This document shows positions 58,886-64,000 of a DNA stretch of 64,000 nt, piece after piece. The stretch's first letter is position 1, and every line of letters begins with the position of its first letter. This DNA comes from the human T2T-CHM13v2.0 reference genome, Homo sapiens, in the NCBI RefSeq assembly GCF_009914755.1, contig NC_060940.1; one strand, given 5' to 3'. The translations under genes and the position numbers were made by a program. The notes under the pieces are model-generated. The model was given only the letters and a program-made list of their open reading frames with translations, searched no databases and had not been told where the DNA came from.

Positions 58886-60944
58886 TGGGATCCCCTCGAG
58901 AAGCCCCCTTGTTAGTGTATGAAACCGTCAGTTCACTGCCAGTAATGAAAACATCGTGTCCTTAGTCACCTGCCATTAGCCTTTTCGAAACCATTTTTTC
59001 TGTTCCCTAAGCTGTCACAAATCCTCCTCTGCATCCCAGGAGTGCCGCTTGGTCCTCGGGCTCGCAGCGTGGCCCACACCTGGGTCGGGCCTCTCACGGG
59101 GACGCTCCCGCCACTGTGATAAAGAGGAGAAAACGTCACAGGGGAAGGGCCTGACCCTGCTGCATCCAGTAAGGAAACAGCCACAGGGAAGGGACCCCGT
59201 AAGCCACTTTGGGAGCCACATCCACCACTTCTCTGACCCCACGCAGGCTGCTTCCCAGGCCTCATGGTACTAGTGTGGACCTCCTGGCTGTGATTAATGC
59301 AGGTCAGCAGGACCAGAGCGTCCCTTGGTCCCTCCCAACCCATGAGGGTATTTTCTGTGGTGAGGTCAGCGATAGTGTCTGCGTTTCTGCCCTGAATAAG
59401 GCTCCCTTGAAAAATCTTTTAATATCTCTTTATAAATACCTCCTTTGGATCACTTTTAATAGTTTGCTGATAGAACTAAACAGTGATCATTCTCTTAATT
59501 CATGTTTCCATTAAGTTTTTTAGATTAAGTACTGCACGACTACTCGCTTCTGAAACTGTCATAAGAAACTGCCTCAGCTCCCTGCAGGGTGGACACACAA
59601 GAGCAGAATCTCCGTGGGACATCTCTTTGGAGCATCAATATTACTACAGTATTTGGAAGACACAAATTTAAATAATTTCTAAGGTAAAGAATGGAACATT
59701 TAAGACAAGGCTGGAAAGTCATCTGCCTTTAATAACTCATCTGTGCCTCACATGTCAGACTTTCTCCAAGAAAAAAACTAAGGAGAACTTATTTCCATTC
59801 TTATAAGTAGTAAAAATAATAAATCATATCAAGTCAATTGAAAGTCCTGTCTGCTAGTTTCTTAAATCACAATATGGCCTTGGTATGGTTTTATTTGTAT
59901 TTTTGTGGGGGGTTTGTGGATCTTTAGATTAAAAAAGAATTAGGTTTTTGAACAATTTTTGAAAGTTTTCAGATATTAGTTGTTGATTTATTTTTGTAAC
60001 CCTTTTAATTCTTCTGACTCTCTCCTCTCCTTCTCAGACTGAATGATTCCATGGGTCTCTAAGCCTCGGTTTATTTTCTTTAAATTTTGTTGATTTGCTT
60101 TTCTACCCCATTTAATTTTTTCTGTCTCTCTCTTCTTCTCAGAATCAATCATCCCACAGATAGGTCTAAGGCTCTGTTCATTTTCTTTTAAACTATTTTT
60201 ACTTCTATCCTCAGATTGGTTAAATTATATTGCTATGTCTTCTGTTTCTGATATATAGAAAAGCTCACAATTATTTTTATTATTTTTCTATGTGGTCATT
60301 TTTCATTTCTCTGCTGATGTTCCACGTCTGTTCATTTATGAGAATATTTTCCTTTGCCCCCATGAGCATGCTTATAATAGCTGCCTTCAAATTCTTGTCT
60401 GCTGATTATGTCTTGGACATCTTGGAGATGTCTACTGCCTGCTTTTTATCTTGTGTATGTATTATATTTTCATGTGTTTTCACGCATCTCCTGAATTGGA
60501 AAATTGTGCACTAGAGACTGTATAGAAGAGTTAAAGAGACTCTGGATTCTGTTTTGTCCGTTTGAAGAGTGTTGTCTTTAAAGAGGGTGTTAATTGGGCT
60601 GGCTTCTAACTTCAATACTTCTCTCTTCTATGGAGGGCACAGCTGAAATATGCATTCAGTTTTTATACACACATATTTCATATATCTATTATATATAGAA
60701 GTGTTTCTATAATAACATATAATGTTTTACCTGGGATTCATCATTTTTCTCTGTGAGATTGTTAGTTAAACTAGCTACTTCATCATTAGTGGAAGCCAGA
60801 ACCTCAGTTTTGATTTTTGGATTTAAATACAAGAAATTACAGAGTATGGATACTTTTACATCAATTTTTAAATGTAAGATTATATTTGTGATATTTATTT
60901 ATGCTGTTGCAGATATCTATAGTCCGTTCATTTTAAAAAGTCCT

Positions 60945-61215
60945 TTTTAACATTGTGGTAAAATATACATAAAATTAACCATTTTAACAATTTTTAAAAG
61001 TGCAGGTCAGAGGAATTAATCACACATTGTTCTGCAACCATCATCCACATTCACAGGGAATTTTATTCATTTTGCAAAACTCAAACTCTGTTCCTGTTAA
61101 ACAACAATCCCCCTTTACCTTCCTTTTGTCCTCTAAGAACTAACTGCTTTTCTACTTTGAGTTTCTATGAATGAAATTACATAAGTACCTCATATGGGTG
61201 GAATCATAGAATATA
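60945..61215 (-). mobile_element. Old L1 3'-end fragment (L1MB-like)
   Basis: ATTGTGGTAAAATATACATAAAATTAACCATTTTAAC...GTACCTCATATGGGTGGAATCATA. Confidence 0.75.
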
Positions 61216-64000
61216 GTAAAGAACTCATGAGGAAGAATAATACACACTGTGTAACATGTTTATTAATTTAAATAAACACAAGAGACCAGTAGTACATGGT
61301 GATTATAGAGAAAGACAGATAAAAAAGAAAAAGCAGTTAGAAGTGTGTGTTAAATTTATGACTATGGCGTCTCAAGTTCCAGAACAGTGAGGCCCCTGTC
61401 CCAGACACAGGGCTGATCACGGTGAAGCTGGGAGCTCAGTGTAGCTGTATGACTCCAAAGCCCATGCTCAGTCCAAATGTCACTGAGCCCTGAGGAACTC
61501 TGCCCCTGCCAGCCCAGGCACTCAGTGGCCCTGAGATTCACCATGGCCTGTTCTTGGTCTTGAGTGTGTTGCTGGCCTACTGGGATGGGGGCTTAGCTGA
61601 CAGAACAAATAGGAGCTTCAGGAAAGAGTGGCAGTTGTGAGGCCACCAGGAGCCACACCTCAGGCTTCCCACTGCCTGCCCAGGGGTCACCATGCAGCAG
61701 GGCCTAATGTTGACCAGGAAGCCATGGCCCCAGGCTCTCTGAAGCTGGTCACAAGACAGAGTGTTCTTCTACCCTCCGCTAATCTCCTAAGCTCTCACCT
61801 TTTATTCTGACTGTGCCACTTCATGGACTGGGACCAAACCCCAAATTCCTCCTCTGTCAGAAGATGATAATTATCTCTTGTCACTGAAGTAGTTGCATTT
61901 CCTGAAGGACTTTGATCTGGAGACGGAAGGGCAGGATTCTGACAGCTCCTGGGTGGAAGATAATAAATGGAACTTGTGGGGGAGAGAGAGGGCAGGGGCA
62001 GTCTCTGGGGCTTTTCTTTTAAGGGGCTCCACCCTCCCCTCCAATCCCATGTAGCTCCAACCTGTTCTCAGAGTTGATTATAAAAAGTCCCTCCTCTAGG
62101 AATTTATCATTGATTATATTCATCTAATCAAACCCTCCATTGGGATGGGTCTCCTCCTTCTCTGTGTATCAAACTGTCCCAATAAATCTAAGATGCAGAG
62201 GATGGAGCCAGGGAGTGTCCTCCCCACGGTGGTCACTGACTTTCACATCGCCATCCTCCCTCAAAGCGACAGCGCCAGCTGCTCACCTTCCTCCTTTATT
62301 AGTGTTGATTATATTCCCTAGAAGGCAGACAGCCAAGATTAATGAGAAAGGCTCCATGGCCCATGACTAGACCTCATCCCTTATACTTCCTATGCTGCAC
62401 CACCACCAGGGCCGCCAGGGTCAGGACATGTTCATACAACAGGACTTAGACCTGCATCAGGTTCTGGGCTCCACAGAAGGGACACTGAGGCTCCGTGACT
62501 TTTGAGCTACTCCAAGTTGCTTATCTCTTTCCTATGGTGCGTGTGCTACAAAGAGGAGTGGAGCCCCCATGTTGGATGTATCTAGCCCAAGCTGGACATT
62601 TCTATCCATGAAGCTGCAGCCATCCCTGCCCATACAAGCTTCCATCTTACTTATCTATGATTGCAGCCCGAACTTACAGGTTGCTCTTTGTTAAAGAGAT
62701 GTGATTTTTTGGGCTGCTTTTCATTAGAAGGGATGTTACGCTGAGTACTCTTTGCTCTATCTGCCTAGCTAGTTTCTTTCTACCTCTGCTCTCAGTGATA
62801 ACTATTCTGTTTTAAGGGAGTCCTGGGGGTGGGAACAGACAAATTTGAGACCACAAAGTACCTTAGAATAAGAATTCACCCTTTAATCAGCTTTAGTGTA
62901 TTGCACATCTATTATAATATCAGTTTCATGCACGACTGAATATAACAAGAAGGGAAAATGTGTATATTCGAAACATCTAGATGACAAACAGACTTTCCAC
63001 AGATTATTTGTGTGCTCCTGTTTTAGAACTTGGTCATTCCGCTGTAGATTATTTTCTTTGGAATCACCAAATGATGAGGAAGCCTCGTCTGGTAATCAGG
63101 ACACAGTGGATTACTTGCAGGGAAGGTGTTTTTGTGGAAACCCTAAAGGGGCAGGCACTGCAGCCCACAGGAAAGCCTCAGCCACGATTCTCTCTGGTGC
63201 TGCCCTGGCTGGGTAAGGCAGCCACAAAAAGCTCTGATTCCCTGTCCTGAAGGGCAACCTTGGCCAGGCAAGCCCAAGCCTCCAGGAAAAAAGGACAAAC
63301 AAGGGAGCACCCCATGTTCAGGCCTTGTTGTGAGCTGCTCCTGCAGCCTGCACAGGGGCACAACTCCTACATGCCTGGTCTGTTCTGCTCCTTTAGGAGA
63401 TGGAAGATTCTCCACCCTGTTGGCCGGGCCTAGGAAAAACTCAAGGTCTGCATGGCAGTTTCTGAGTCTCCAGGAGCCAGTTGTCTCATTGTGATGACAA
63501 TGAGAATGGCCAGAAGTACTGGGGTGGGGAAGACAAAGGGCAAGCAGAAGGCGAGCTTCCAGAAAGAGGCTTACCACAAATGCTTAAGTGCCTGGGTGGG
63601 CGCGGGATTGCTGGGTGTTGCCTGGGGGCAAGTCAATAAGCCTGGCTGGGGATCGCCAAGATAACCATCCCCTGCCAGGGGTCACCAGGGATTATCTGAA
63701 AACCTTCGGGAATGATACATGTCCCCGTTTGCTCAAAAACGGGAAGAAGCTGCAGCCTCAGCAGGTTATCCAGGCCACTGAGAGGCGCAGTAAACCCACA
63801 CCGAGTGGACTCCCACATTGGCAGTAGGCAGCTCTCCTGACCCATCCACCAGCCATCTGCCTCCATTGATGGAGCTCTTCAGGGCTGATCAGACCCCCTA
63901 TTGGCAGTGCTGATGAGATTCACTGCGACCTGGACAGATCTTTGGCTCAGATGGGCCGCTTGAGTTTCAGTGACCTGGACCATTTTTCCTGGCCTTCAGA

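Larger units (their letters stand above)
57300..59250. promoter_or_regulatory. CpG island / GC-rich promoter-like region
   Basis: High GC with many retained CpGs, GC boxes (CCCCGCCCC) and RFX X-boxes at 58331 and 58596. Confidence 0.65.

Noticed and set aside
59100-59135. PATVIKRR resemblance to KIF18B
   Set aside because: Too short and the flanking sequence does not match.

Overview
Primate, almost certainly human, pericentromeric segmental-duplication DNA. I see no intact protein-coding gene, RNA gene, CRISPR array or prokaryotic system. In order: a ~9 kb diverged beta-satellite-type array with an LTR3 solo LTR and an Alu; processed pseudogenes of C2orf69 (-), AGGF1 (-) and RARRES2 (+); an inverted (twin-primed) L1PA element sharing its target site with an Alu; an intron-containing FGFR3 fragment; an intronless DUX pseudogene with a homeodomain-2-like box and a DUX4/DUXC-type C-terminal activation domain; an unidentified CpG-rich exon-like segment; a near full-length HERV-K(HML-6) provirus (-); and a TP53TG3 pseudogene in a CpG island with duplicated RFX X-boxes. 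This pseudogene set resembles the FRG2/DUX4-associated duplicon family, most likely human 16p11.1-p11.2 (inferred from memory, not searched). Gene identifications come from hand translation compared with remembered sequences. I cannot support a new biological system. The best leads are the DUXC-like retrocopy, the triple target-site Alu+L1 nest, the 5'-extended RARRES2 retrocopy and the unidentified exon-like segments.
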